DNA of 40,338 nucleotides from an uncultured Solibacteraceae bacterium. Lineage in GTDB: Bacteria; Acidobacteriota; Terriglobia; Bryobacterales; Bryobacteraceae. Numbering within the stretch: the stretch's first letter is position 1; each line of letters starts with the position of its first letter. The stretch spans positions 1-40,338 of the forward strand of contig CAZPZE010000922.1 of NCBI GenBank assembly GCA_964590625.1, read 5' to 3'. The position numbers and the translations under genes were made by a program. The notes below the pieces were generated by a model. That model searched no databases and had not been told where the DNA came from. It saw only the letters and a program-made list of their open reading frames with translations. Below are positions 1-8,529 of the stretch, piece by piece.

Positions 1-50
1 AAGACGACAATAACATCAGTGGCATCAATCAGTTGTCATCCGATGATCTG

Positions 51-99
51 AGCCCTGAAAAGGCTGGCGTCGGCGGTTCAAGTCCGTCTCTGGCCACCA
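51..99 (+). tRNA. 3' fragment of a tRNA-Phe(GAA)-like gene, from the anticodon arm to an encoded CCA. The 5' acceptor strand and D arm are missing, so it is a truncated or pseudo tRNA and possibly an att-site copy
   Basis: Anticodon arm: 51-54 AGCC, 55-61 CTGAAAA (anticodon GAA at 57-59), 62-65 GGCT. Variable loop 67-71 GCGTC. T arm: 72-76 GGCGG, 77-83 TTCAAGT, 84-88 CCGTC. Acceptor 3' strand 89-95 TCTGGCC, then A96 and CCA 97-99. The required 5' strand GGCCAGA and a D arm are not present at 24-50. Confidence 0.5.
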
Positions 100-659
100 C
101 ATTCGAAACAACTTAGCGGCGACCGCAAACAGACGGTTTCGTCAAAAGGTACAAATCAGGTACGTCACGCTGTTCCTGAGAGTTGTTCCCGCTTCACTGA
201 AATCATCATCTTCCACATCTCCCGGCCGTCCGAAAACGGGGGAGAACACTCAAAAGACTTCAACGCAGGCTCCCCTCAAAAACCCGGTGCGTCGTGGCTG
301 CGCGGCTGGGTCGTGACGAATGCTGACTTGTTCGCGCGAAGCGCCACAGTGTTTCCCCGGTCCCCGGCAAGGGGAGCGGATTGCTAAACCGGCGGGAGCC
401 GATCGCCCTTCAACTTCCTGGGATCAGTGCGACTCGGGGCCGTGTGCGTGCCTCTCTTTCTGGCTGGGCGTTAGCTGCGCGCAAACGCGCAGTCGAGAGG
501 GCCATCGCCAAAGCGCGCAAATCCCAAGTCAAATCCTGACGTTCGGCCAGCACAACGAAAATTGCGCGGGTCCAGGTTAAGTCCTGTGTTTGCCATTCAA
601 GCGTCCTTCGGTTCCAGGTGTAAGGACTTCGTGTTTGTCGAGACCGGGCCTGCGCCATT

Positions 660-674
660 TGGCTATCGAAGTGC
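660..674 (+). promoter_or_regulatory. Candidate -24/-12 (sigma54-type) promoter upstream of the 717-6957 cassette
   Basis: TGGCTATCGAAGTGC fits TGGC-N8-TGC (GG-N10-GC spacing). It lies 42 nt upstream of the ATG at 717. Pattern match only. Confidence 0.3.
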
Positions 675-716
675 CGACCCGAAAGTCTGGCGCTTTTCCG
701 CAGGTGTGTTCAAGAT

Positions 717-1223
717 ATGGCGTTGAATCTTCTGACGAGATTGGTTCACAAATTGGCCTACATAGCGCCGGGAGGCGGGAACCTGCGCCCATGGCTCACT
801 CGCTTAGGCGGCTCGCACGTTGGTAAGCACGTTTGGATCGCTCAATTCGTGTACATCGACGATCTGCACCCGGAAGCCCTCACCATCGGCGACAACTGTA
901 CCATCGGCCTGCGCACCTCGATTTTCACGCATTTCTACTGGGGGCCGAGACGTCCTCACAGCAATGGCAAGGTCGTCATCGAGAACGACGTCTTCATCGG
1001 ACCGCACTGCGTCATCCTGCCCAATGTCCGGATTGGAGAAGGGGCGGTGATCAAGGCCGGCACGGTGGTCACACGGAACGTTCCCCCACATACGTTCTGG
1101 GGTTCTCCGGCCGCCCAGGTTCTCGGGACTGCTAGCGTTCCATTGACTGCCGATCATGAATACGAGGAATTTTCCCGCGGCATTCGACCACCGGCTCCAC
1201 GAACCGCCATGTCGAGACGCTGA
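717..1223 (+). CDS. Left-handed beta-helix (hexapeptide-repeat) acyl/acetyltransferase, WbbJ/WcaF-like
   Basis: 168-aa ORF with hexapeptide-repeat stretches NCTIGLRTSIF, VVIENDVFIGPHCVILPNVRIGEGAVIKAGTVVTRNVPP. Followed 18 nt later by the next gene. Confidence 0.8.
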   Translation: MALNLLTRLVHKLAYIAPGGGNLRPWLTRLGGSHVGKHVWIAQFVYIDDLHPEALTIGDNCTIGLRTSIFTHFYWGPRRPHSNGKVVIENDVFIGPHCVILPNVRIGEGAVIKAGTVVTRNVPPHTFWGSPAAQVLGTASVPLTADHEYEEFSRGIRPPAPRTAMSRR

Positions 1224-1241
1224 ACCAAAATCGGAAACGCA

Positions 1242-3188
1242 ATGTGTGGTATTGCCGGAATCCTGAACCTCGAAGCAACGACCGTCAATCCGGCCCATCT
1301 CCGGGGAATGGTCGCGGCGATGCGGCATCGAGGGCCCGACGATTCCGGCGTCCACATTGACGGGGATGTGGGACTGGGCCATGCGCGGCTCAGCATCATC
1401 GATCTGGAAGGCGGGGCACAGCCGATGCTGAGCGAGGATCGATCGCTCTGGATCACCTTCAACGGAGAGATCTTCAACTACGTCGAATTGCGAGATGAGT
1501 TGAGGAGCAAGGGGCACCGTTTTGCCACGCGTTCCGACACGGAAGTGATCCTGCATCTTTACGAGGAAGAAGGGGAGAAGTGTGTCGAACGCATGAACGG
1601 CCAGTGGGCCTTTGCGATTTGGGACCTGCGCAGGAGAAAACTGTTTCTTTCCCGCGATCGCCTCGGCGTCAGACCGCTTGTATACACGAAGACACCGACA
1701 AGGTTCCTGTTCGCTTCCGAGATCAAAGCGCTGTTGGCCTGCCCCGATGTGGACAGGACTCTGGACCTGCACGCGCTGGATCAGATCTTCACGTTTTGGG
1801 TGACACTGCCGCCTCGAACGGCGTTCCGCAACATTCATCAATTACCTCCCGGGCACTCGATGGTTGTTCAGGGAGGCGAAGTCCGAGTCTGGCAGTACTG
1901 GCGTCCCGCGTACCCTGCCCCGGACGAATTGGCGTCTGGCAAGGAAGACGCCCTGGCGGAGGAGCTGCTCAGTCTTTTGTCTGATGCCACGAGGATCCGT
2001 CTTCGAGCGGACGTGCCTGTTGGGGCCTATCTGAGTGGGGGATTGGATTCCACGTTGGTGGCGGCATTGGCCCGGAAAATCGCAGGGGGCCGGCTGCGCA
2101 CCTTTTCTGTGGGATTCAAAGCCCGAGAGTTCGACGAATCCGACTATCAGAATGAGGCGAGCGCATCAATCGCGACCAGCCACAGCCGGGTTGTGTGCTC
2201 GAATGAGGACATTGCCGGAGCGTTTGCCGAGGTTGTGTGGCATACCGAGCAACCTATTCTGCGCACCGCACCCGCGCCTCTGTTTCTGCTCTCCCGACTG
2301 GTCCGGGACAGCGGCTATAAGGTGGTGGTGACCGGTGAGGGCGCAGACGAGATTCTGGGAGGATATGACCTTTACCAGGAGGTGAAAATTCGCAGATTCT
2401 GGGGACGTGCTCCTGGGTCAACCTGCCGGCCACTCCTTCTCAAGAGGCTCTACCCGTACCTGGACAGCATTCAGAAACAACCTCCGGCCTACCTTGCGAA
2501 GTTCTATCATGTGACGCCGAATAGTCTCGACGACCCCTTCTTTTCCCACCTGCCCCGCTGGATGACGACCGCCAGGACCAAGACTTTCTTCAGCGACGCG
2601 GTGCGCTCGGAAGTGACGATGAACACTCCGTTCTCAACCCTCGAGGGGATGCTGCCAGACGAGTATCCATCGTGGGAGTCGTTCCACCGGGCGGAATATC
2701 TCGAGACCGCCTACCTGCTTCCCGGCTACATTCTGTCTTCGCAGGGCGATCGCATGGCGATGGCGCATTCGGTTGAGGCTCGGTATCCGTTCCTCGATCA
2801 TCGGGTTGTCCAATTCGCCTCAATGTTGCCGCCGCGGGTCAAGATGCGAGTCCTGGAGGCCAAGCATGTGCTCAGGCAGGCGGCGCGGGGCCTGGTGCCG
2901 GAACGGATTCGGACACGACCCAAGCAGCCGTATCGGGCGCCCGACGGCCTGAGTTTTTTTGGCGCGAACCGAGCCCTGGTCGAAGACATGCTGTCGATGG
3001 ACAGGATTCGGAGAGACGGTGTTTTCGAGGCGAGTCGTGTTGATGCACTGGTGCGGAAGTTCCGGATGGGGCTCCCCACCGGCACCGTCGACAATATGGC
3101 GCTGGTCGGGATTTTATCGACTGAAATATTGCTGGATCGCTTCCTCGCGGCCCGTCCACTGACCAGTTCGTGCGGGGCGCAGGCATGA
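1242..3188 (+). CDS. Asparagine synthase family glutamine-hydrolysing amidotransferase (AsnB-like)
   Basis: 648 aa. N-terminal nucleophile MCGIAGIL (class II GATase). PP-loop motif YLSGGLDS. Length and order are typical of the AsnB family. Confidence 0.9.
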   Translation: MCGIAGILNLEATTVNPAHLRGMVAAMRHRGPDDSGVHIDGDVGLGHARLSIIDLEGGAQPMLSEDRSLWITFNGEIFNYVELRDELRSKGHRFATRSDTEVILHLYEEEGEKCVERMNGQWAFAIWDLRRRKLFLSRDRLGVRPLVYTKTPTRFLFASEIKALLACPDVDRTLDLHALDQIFTFWVTLPPRTAFRNIHQLPPGHSMVVQGGEVRVWQYWRPAYPAPDELASGKEDALAEELLSLLSDATRIRLRADVPVGAYLSGGLDSTLVAALARKIAGGRLRTFSVGFKAREFDESDYQNEASASIATSHSRVVCSNEDIAGAFAEVVWHTEQPILRTAPAPLFLLSRLVRDSGYKVVVTGEGADEILGGYDLYQEVKIRRFWGRAPGSTCRPLLLKRLYPYLDSIQKQPPAYLAKFYHVTPNSLDDPFFSHLPRWMTTARTKTFFSDAVRSEVTMNTPFSTLEGMLPDEYPSWESFHRAEYLETAYLLPGYILSSQGDRMAMAHSVEARYPFLDHRVVQFASMLPPRVKMRVLEAKHVLRQAARGLVPERIRTRPKQPYRAPDGLSFFGANRALVEDMLSMDRIRRDGVFEASRVDALVRKFRMGLPTGTVDNMALVGILSTEILLDRFLAARPLTSSCGAQA

Positions 3189-4096
3189 TGACGCAGAAAG
3201 AACTGGGCGGTACCGGCATCCTGATTCCCGAAATAGGGCTGGGTACTGCGAATTATCGCGCCGGCGCCGCGATACTTCGGAGAGGATTGGAGGTCGGGGC
3301 GCTGTTCGTCGATACCGCCGAGTCCTATGGGACAGAAGAGTGCGTCGGCGAGGCGATCAGGGGCATTCGTGAGCGGGTCTTCCTCGCCACGAAAATCTCC
3401 CCGGGGAACTTCAGGCGCGCCGATTTTCGAGCCGCCGTCGACGCCAGTCTGGAACGGCTGGAAATCGATTGCATCGATCTCCTCCAGCTGCATCAACCGA
3501 ACCCTGAAATTCCCATCGGTGAAACGATGAGCGCGATGTCAGACCTGATCAGAGAAGGAAAGGTGAGGTACGCCGGCGTCAGCAATTTCTCCGTTACCGA
3601 ACTGCAGCAGGCACAAGAGGCGCTTGGAGAGTATCCGATTGTCTCCAACCAGCTACGCTACAACGTGATCGACAGGACCATCGAAAAGGACCTGCTGCCT
3701 TACTGTCAAACTCACGGTATTACTGTCATCGCGTACACGCCCCTGGCACGCGGACTCGATCGCATTCGGGATTGTGATCCTCGGGGCGTGCTCGCTCACG
3801 TTTCCCTCCAGACCGGCAGAACTCCTGCTCAGATCGTTCTCAACTGGTGTATTTCGCGAGACCGCGTGGTTGCCATTCCCATGAGCAATTCGGCCGATCA
3901 CCTTCTCGAGAATTGCGCGGCCTCGGGATGGCGGCTGACCGCGGAACAATTAACCGTGCTTGACACCGAAATCCAGTACAGGCAGAGAAACCAATTCGAC
4001 GTTCTGGTGCGGCGCTTCATGCCGGCGCGCCTTCAGTCGGCCGCCAGGCAAGCGCTGAGGCGGCTGCCCCGAGGGCTGCGGCGCAGGCTTACTTAG
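3185..4096 (+). CDS. Aldo/keto reductase family oxidoreductase
   Basis: The start ATG at 3185 overlaps the upstream stop (ATGA at 3185-3188). AKR-like motifs: GLGTANY, DTAESYG, IDLLQLH, VSNF. The ORF-track start at 3170 is less likely. Confidence 0.85.
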   Translation: MMTQKELGGTGILIPEIGLGTANYRAGAAILRRGLEVGALFVDTAESYGTEECVGEAIRGIRERVFLATKISPGNFRRADFRAAVDASLERLEIDCIDLLQLHQPNPEIPIGETMSAMSDLIREGKVRYAGVSNFSVTELQQAQEALGEYPIVSNQLRYNVIDRTIEKDLLPYCQTHGITVIAYTPLARGLDRIRDCDPRGVLAHVSLQTGRTPAQIVLNWCISRDRVVAIPMSNSADHLLENCAASGWRLTAEQLTVLDTEIQYRQRNQFDVLVRRFMPARLQSAARQALRRLPRGLRRRLT

Positions 4097-4137
4097 GAGC
4101 GAGGCGATTGAGGAGGAGGCTGTGTCTGAAAGGATCT

Positions 4138-4425
4138 ATGGAACACGAACGACAGCGAGTACGAAGGTTTCTTGAGCAGAATTTCCTGTACGGTCAAACG
4201 TGGAACCTGGCCGACAGCGACTCTTTCCTCGAAGCGGGGATACTGGACTCGACGGGGGTTCTCCAGCTTATTTCGTTCCTGAACGAATCTTTCGGGATCG
4301 CGATTGCGGATGAAGAAGTAACGCCGGACAATCTGGATTCCATTGACAGGATCGCAGCGTTCCTCGACCGCAAGAGCGCCCTCACGTCTGGTGGAGGGCA
4401 AGGGGAACTCGGAGAGTTGTCATGA
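4138..4425 (+). CDS. Small carrier protein (phosphopantetheine attachment), DltC/AlmF-like serine context
   Basis: 95 aa from the ATG at 4138; the ORF opens at a TTG at 4108. The motif EAGILDSTGVLQLISFLNESFGI resembles the GLLDSxG of D-alanyl/aminoacyl carrier proteins. Its stop overlaps the next start (ATGA at 4422-4425). Confidence 0.7.
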   Translation: MEHERQRVRRFLEQNFLYGQTWNLADSDSFLEAGILDSTGVLQLISFLNESFGIAIADEEVTPDNLDSIDRIAAFLDRKSALTSGGGQGELGELS

Positions 4426-5414
4426 GAGCCCCCACGCGGGTGTCTGCGGAGATCTTACGGCTCGATCCGGCTGCCGAGGCCGAGCGGATCATCTCCGACA
4501 TCCGTGAAATGGTGTTTAACCGCCTGAGGCGCAAGGGGGCTGTCATTGGAGTTTCCGGTGGCATCGACAGCAGTGTGGTCGCGTTTCTCTGCGCCCGTGC
4601 GCTGGGCCCCGAGCGCGTGCTGACGCTCCTGATGCCGGAAGAGGACTCCTCGTCCGGAAGTCTGAGCCTCGGGAGGATGGTGGCCCAGGCTCTGAACGTG
4701 CGGTCCATTGAAGAAAATATCAGCCCGATTCTGCGAGCCGCGCGCTGCTACGAACGCCGTGATGACGCAATCCGGCAGGTAGTTCCGGAGTACGACTCCA
4801 CCTACAAGTCCAAGATCGTGTTGCCTGCCGTCAGCGATGCCCGCTATGCGATCTTCTCGGTGGTGGTCCAGGCGCCGGACGGAAGCGTCAGGAAGGTTCG
4901 GCTCAACGCATCCGCCTACCTGGGAATTGTGGCGGCCACTAATTTCAAGCAGCGGACCCGCAAGATGATTGAATATCACTACGCGGATCTTCAGGAGTAT
5001 GCGGTGGCCGGCACTCCGAACCGGCTCGAGTACGATCTGGGCTTTTTTGTGAAGAACGGTGATGGAGCCGCAGACTTTAAGCCCATCGCCCACCTGTACA
5101 AGTCGCAGGTATTCCAGATCGCTGAGTACCTCGGAGTTCCGGAACAAATCCGGAAGCAACAACCCACTACCGATACGTACTCGCTTCCTCAGTCGCAGGA
5201 GGAGTTTTACTTCATGGCGCCTCTGGAAAAGATAGATCTCTGCCTGTACGGGAAGGATCATGGAATATCACCGGAGGATCTTGCCCCGGCTGTGGGCATG
5301 GAGGCGCAGGATGTCCATCGCATGTACGGATTCATCGAAGGGAAGCGGAAGGTGGCCCAGTACCTGCGTTCCCCAGCCTTGACGTTGGCGCCGGCCCCGG
5401 AAGACGAATCATGA
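4422..5414 (+). CDS. NAD+ synthetase (NadE)-like PP-loop ATP pyrophosphatase
   Basis: 330 aa with PP-loop GVSGGIDSSVVAFL. NadE-like downstream blocks: NFKQRTRKMIEYHYA, GTPNRLEYDLGFFVKNGDGAADFKPI. Confidence 0.8.
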   Translation: MRAPTRVSAEILRLDPAAEAERIISDIREMVFNRLRRKGAVIGVSGGIDSSVVAFLCARALGPERVLTLLMPEEDSSSGSLSLGRMVAQALNVRSIEENISPILRAARCYERRDDAIRQVVPEYDSTYKSKIVLPAVSDARYAIFSVVVQAPDGSVRKVRLNASAYLGIVAATNFKQRTRKMIEYHYADLQEYAVAGTPNRLEYDLGFFVKNGDGAADFKPIAHLYKSQVFQIAEYLGVPEQIRKQQPTTDTYSLPQSQEEFYFMAPLEKIDLCLYGKDHGISPEDLAPAVGMEAQDVHRMYGFIEGKRKVAQYLRSPALTLAPAPEDES

Positions 5415-5415
5415 T

Positions 5416-6957
5416 ATGAGCTGCGCCAACGTCGCCGACTACCTGCTCGAGGGCAAGCCCGCGGATGCGGTTGCGCTGCGGATGCTGGACCGCGATTGCA
5501 CCTACGGGGAACTGGAACAGACCGTACGACAGGTCGTTCGAGCGCTCACTCAGACCGCATCTCGCGGCGACCGTGTGCTCGTGATCGGCGAGAATTCGCA
5601 ATTCTGGGTCTCCGCTTACCTCGGAACGATCAAGGCGGGCCTTGTCTCGGTTCCGCTGCCGGCCAGCATCTCGCCGGATGATCTGGCCTACGTCATCACT
5701 CTTTTGGGAGCCAGACTTGCTTTCGTGGAACCCAGGGCCGCGCGAAGGTATGCCAGAGAACTCAACAGCCTCCAGGTGATCACGGAGCTTGACGCCGCTT
5801 CCGGCGACTCGCCGGGAATCCTGAAGACGTTCCCATCCGTTGAGCCGGACGATCTGGCAACATTGATGTTCACCTCCGGTTCAACTCGCAGGCCGCGAGG
5901 CGTCATGGTATCGCACCGGAACATCATGGCGAACACGGCGTCGATTATCAGGTATCTCGGGTTAACCGGGAACGATCGGATCATGACGGTGCTGCCATTC
6001 CACTATTGTTATGGCTTGTCGCTGCTTCATACGCATCTGCGTGTTGGCGCGAGTCTGGTGCTCGACAGTCGGTTTGCCTACCCCGAAGTGGTGCTCCAGC
6101 GAATGGCCGACGCCGCCTGCACGGGGTTTGCTGGTGTTCCCAGCCATTTCCAGATCCTGCTTCGGAAGTCGACACTGAAAGCCAGAGCCTTCCCACACCT
6201 GCGCTATGTTCAGCAGGCCGGCGGCCATCTGCCGCCTGCGTTCGTGCGGGAATTGCGCGACGCGCTGCCGACGACGCAGATATTTATCATGTACGGCCAG
6301 ACAGAGGCGACCGCACGCTTGTCATATCTTCCTCCTGAATTCCTCGACACGAAGGCCGGGTCCATCGGAATTGCCATTCCGGGAGTCACGCTGCGAGTCC
6401 TGAATGACACTGGGGAGCAGGTCAGGACCGGGGAGGTCGGCGAGATTGTCGCCGAGGGGGAGAACGTGACACGCGGCTACTGGGGAGATCCCCACGAATC
6501 AGCGGAGTCGTTTCGCGATGGGAAGCTCTACACGGGAGATCTGGCCACCGTCGACGACGATGGATTCATATACGTGGTGGACCGGGCCAGAGATTTTCTC
6601 AAATGCGGCGGGAAACGGGTCGGCACGCAACAGTTGGAGGATCAGTTGCTGGAGTGCGGCGAAGTGATCGACGCTGCGGTAGTGGCCATGGGCGATCCGG
6701 TTTTGGGAGAAGCCGCAAAAGCATATGTGGTTTCGCGCGAACCGTCTTGCGGAGCCGACTGCTCGTGCTCCAACTGCAGGAGGACGAAGGAACTCATCAT
6801 GGAATTCTGCAGGAGGCGCATGGTACCTGACTTCGTGCCGCGCGAGATCGTTTTGCTGGAGGCTCTGCCCAGGAACAGTGCCGGCAAGGTGGTCAAGGCC
6901 CGTTTGAAGCCAGTGCAGGCTGTGGAAGCACACTCAGACGTCGGCCCGGGGCAATAA
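5416..6957 (+). CDS. AMP-dependent (adenylate-forming) synthetase/ligase, DltA/acyl-carrier ligase-like
   Basis: 513 aa. AMP-binding core MFTSGSTRRPRGVMVSH, plus YGQTEA, YTGDLA and a C-terminal NSAGKV lysine motif. It starts 1 nt after the upstream stop. Confidence 0.9.
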   Translation: MSCANVADYLLEGKPADAVALRMLDRDCTYGELEQTVRQVVRALTQTASRGDRVLVIGENSQFWVSAYLGTIKAGLVSVPLPASISPDDLAYVITLLGARLAFVEPRAARRYARELNSLQVITELDAASGDSPGILKTFPSVEPDDLATLMFTSGSTRRPRGVMVSHRNIMANTASIIRYLGLTGNDRIMTVLPFHYCYGLSLLHTHLRVGASLVLDSRFAYPEVVLQRMADAACTGFAGVPSHFQILLRKSTLKARAFPHLRYVQQAGGHLPPAFVRELRDALPTTQIFIMYGQTEATARLSYLPPEFLDTKAGSIGIAIPGVTLRVLNDTGEQVRTGEVGEIVAEGENVTRGYWGDPHESAESFRDGKLYTGDLATVDDDGFIYVVDRARDFLKCGGKRVGTQQLEDQLLECGEVIDAAVVAMGDPVLGEAAKAYVVSREPSCGADCSCSNCRRTKELIMEFCRRRMVPDFVPREIVLLEALPRNSAGKVVKARLKPVQAVEAHSDVGPGQ

Positions 6958-6970
6958 ACTTCGCGTTGTC

Positions 6971-6997
6971 GAGAGATCACAGAATCTCTCTCTTTCT
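6971..6997 (+). terminator. Candidate intrinsic terminator after the cassette
   Basis: GAGAGAT (6971-6977) pairs with ATCTCTC (6984-6990), with a 6-nt loop. It is followed by T-rich TCTTTCT. The stem is modest at 7 bp. Confidence 0.4.
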
Positions 6998-7093
6998 GGC
7001 AACGAGGGGTGTCTCGAAAGCGATTGTGCTCGACCCGGGCGAGATGGTCTGTAGAATAAAAAACGACCTCCCGTCCCCTGATTGAACTTACCT

Positions 7094-7816
7094 ATGGCAG
7101 ATCAAAAGAGTGTCCTGGTAGTGAGCGCCCACGCTGCGGATTTCGTGTGGAGAGCCGGGGGCGCGATTGCGCTTTATGCCTCTCGCGGATATCGTGTGCG
7201 AATTCTCTGCCTTTCGTTCGGCGAGCGCGGTGAGAGCCAGGGCGCGTGGAAACAGCCGGGCATGACAATCGAGCGCGTGAAGGAAATTCGCCGCGAAGAA
7301 TCCACACGGGCCGCCGAAATTCTCGGGGCGGAAATCCGATTCTTCGATTCCGGCGATTATCCGATCCAGCCGACGCAGAAGACGATCGATTCCATGGTGG
7401 CGGAGTACCGCGAACTGCAACCTGCATTCGTCCTGACGCATCCGTTTCTGGACCCTTACAATCCCGATCATCCGACCGCAAACCGGGTAACGCTGGAAAC
7501 CCGCGTCTACGCGCAGGCGCAGGGGTATCCCCTGCCCGGCAAGCCGATCGACGCACCTCCCGTTCTCCTGTTCGAGCCGCACCAACCCGAGCAATGCGCC
7601 TTCAAACCGGAGGTCCTGCTCGACGTCACCTCGGTGTGGGAAACCAAGCACAAGGCAATGGAATCGATGGATGCCCAGAAACACCTGTGGGAGTACTACA
7701 CGGATCTGGGCCGAAGACGCGGCACACAGGCGGTTCGAAACGGCGGAAGCAGGACGATCCGATACGCCGAAGCATTTCAGCGCGTGTATCCTCAGGTGAC
7801 TGGCGAGCTTTCATGA
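7094..7816 (+). CDS. PIG-L/LmbE-family metallohydrolase; GalB-like 4-oxalomesaconate hydratase candidate
   Basis: N-terminus VLVVSAHAADFVWRAGGAI, and NPDHPTAN typical of the PIG-L fold. It is translationally coupled to the LigK/GalC-type aldolase (ATGA at 7813-7816). The ATG at 7094 is preferred over the TTG at 7082. Confidence 0.7.
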   Translation: MADQKSVLVVSAHAADFVWRAGGAIALYASRGYRVRILCLSFGERGESQGAWKQPGMTIERVKEIRREESTRAAEILGAEIRFFDSGDYPIQPTQKTIDSMVAEYRELQPAFVLTHPFLDPYNPDHPTANRVTLETRVYAQAQGYPLPGKPIDAPPVLLFEPHQPEQCAFKPEVLLDVTSVWETKHKAMESMDAQKHLWEYYTDLGRRRGTQAVRNGGSRTIRYAEAFQRVYPQVTGELS

Positions 7817-8502
7817 GTTCTCCGAAAATTTTCCGCAACGTTCGACGCCCCGATGCTCAGGCTGTGGGGAAATTGCGCGACTACGGGGTCGCAACCGTTC
7901 ACGAGGCTCAGGGAAGAACGGGACTGATGCGGCCGTACATGCGGCCTGTTTATCCGAACGTGAAACTTGCCGGAGCGGCTATCACTGTCTCCTGTCATCC
8001 GGGCGACAACCTGATGATTCACGCCGCGATCGAAACGGTGAAACCGGGCGACGTGCTGGTGGTCACGACGACATCCGAATCCACCGATGGGATGTTCGGA
8101 GATCTGCTGGCGGCATCCTGCCAGGCGCATGGGGTCGCCGGCCTGATCATCGATGCAGGTGTTCGCGATACAGCCGATCTGGCGGAAATGCAATTCCCCG
8201 TCTGGGCGAAAGCAATCTGTGCTCAGGGCACCGTGAAGGCGACCGCGGGCTCCGTGAACGTGCCCGTCATTTGCGCCGGTGCGCTTGTGAATCCCGGCGA
8301 TGTGATTGTTGCGGATAACGACGGAGTGGTGGTGGTGCCGCGCGATCGCGCCGAAGAGATTGCGAACCTCGCGGCAGAGCGCGCCCAAAAAGAAGAGCAG
8401 TCACGCATCCGGCTGAAGCGCGGCGAACTTGGCCTGGACTTTTATGGCCTCCGCCGGAAACTGGAAGAACTCGGCGTCGAGTACACAGACGACGAGGTTT
8501 AA
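7813..8502 (+). CDS. RraA-fold 4-carboxy-4-hydroxy-2-oxoadipate aldolase/oxaloacetate decarboxylase (LigK/GalC-like)
   Basis: 229 aa from the ATG at 7813 (MSSPKIF...). Motifs: GVATVHEAQGRTGLM, GDNLMIHAAIE, DGMFGDLLA, GLIIDAGVRD. The 7246 ORF start is an upstream extension that overlaps the previous gene. Confidence 0.8.
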   Translation: MSSPKIFRNVRRPDAQAVGKLRDYGVATVHEAQGRTGLMRPYMRPVYPNVKLAGAAITVSCHPGDNLMIHAAIETVKPGDVLVVTTTSESTDGMFGDLLAASCQAHGVAGLIIDAGVRDTADLAEMQFPVWAKAICAQGTVKATAGSVNVPVICAGALVNPGDVIVADNDGVVVVPRDRAEEIANLAAERAQKEEQSRIRLKRGELGLDFYGLRRKLEELGVEYTDDEV

Positions 8503-8529
8503 GAAGGAACCTTGACCGGCGGCGCCGGC

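Noticed and set aside
1-99. tmRNA (ssrA) 3' end: T arm plus ACCA preceded by GGCGTC, resembling the GGACG-T-arm junction of tmRNAs
   Set aside because: The acceptor 3' strand is TCTGGCC, so position 70 is G. tmRNAs need the G3:U70 alanine identity pair (…TCCACCA). The segment instead folds as a standard tRNA-Phe anticodon arm, variable loop and T arm.
13-99. Class II tRNA (Leu/Ser/Tyr/Sec) using AGCC-CTGAAAA-GGCT as a long variable arm
   Set aside because: This would leave 6 unpaired nt between the variable arm and the T stem. No anticodon arm or matching 5' acceptor strand (GGCCAGA or GGCCAGAG) exists upstream.
474-492. GCTGCGCG-containing palindrome CTGCGCG-CAAA-CGCGCAG, with the 11-mer GCTGCGCGCAA repeated at 36062-36072
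   Set aside because: The 8-mer GCTGCGCG (Leu-Arg codons) also occurs inside coding regions of this GC-rich sequence. Without the extended 26-nt context, these copies cannot be separated from chance or simple hairpins.
7246-8502. Long 5' extensions of ORFs: 7246 for the aldolase, 9657 for the dioxygenase, 13433 for the propeller, 19076 for the TIM barrel, 23357 for mgtA, 38075 for the HAD-ATPase, 29669 for the regulator
   Set aside because: The extensions are low-complexity, overlap upstream genes or promoters, and precede internal ATGs where family-typical N-termini, signal peptides or SD sequences begin.
8509-8525. Palindrome CCGGCG-G-CGCCGG between the convergent aldolase and dioxygenase genes, considered as a bidirectional terminator
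   Set aside because: The loop is too small for the full stem and there is no flanking T/A tract, so an intrinsic terminator call is not supportable.
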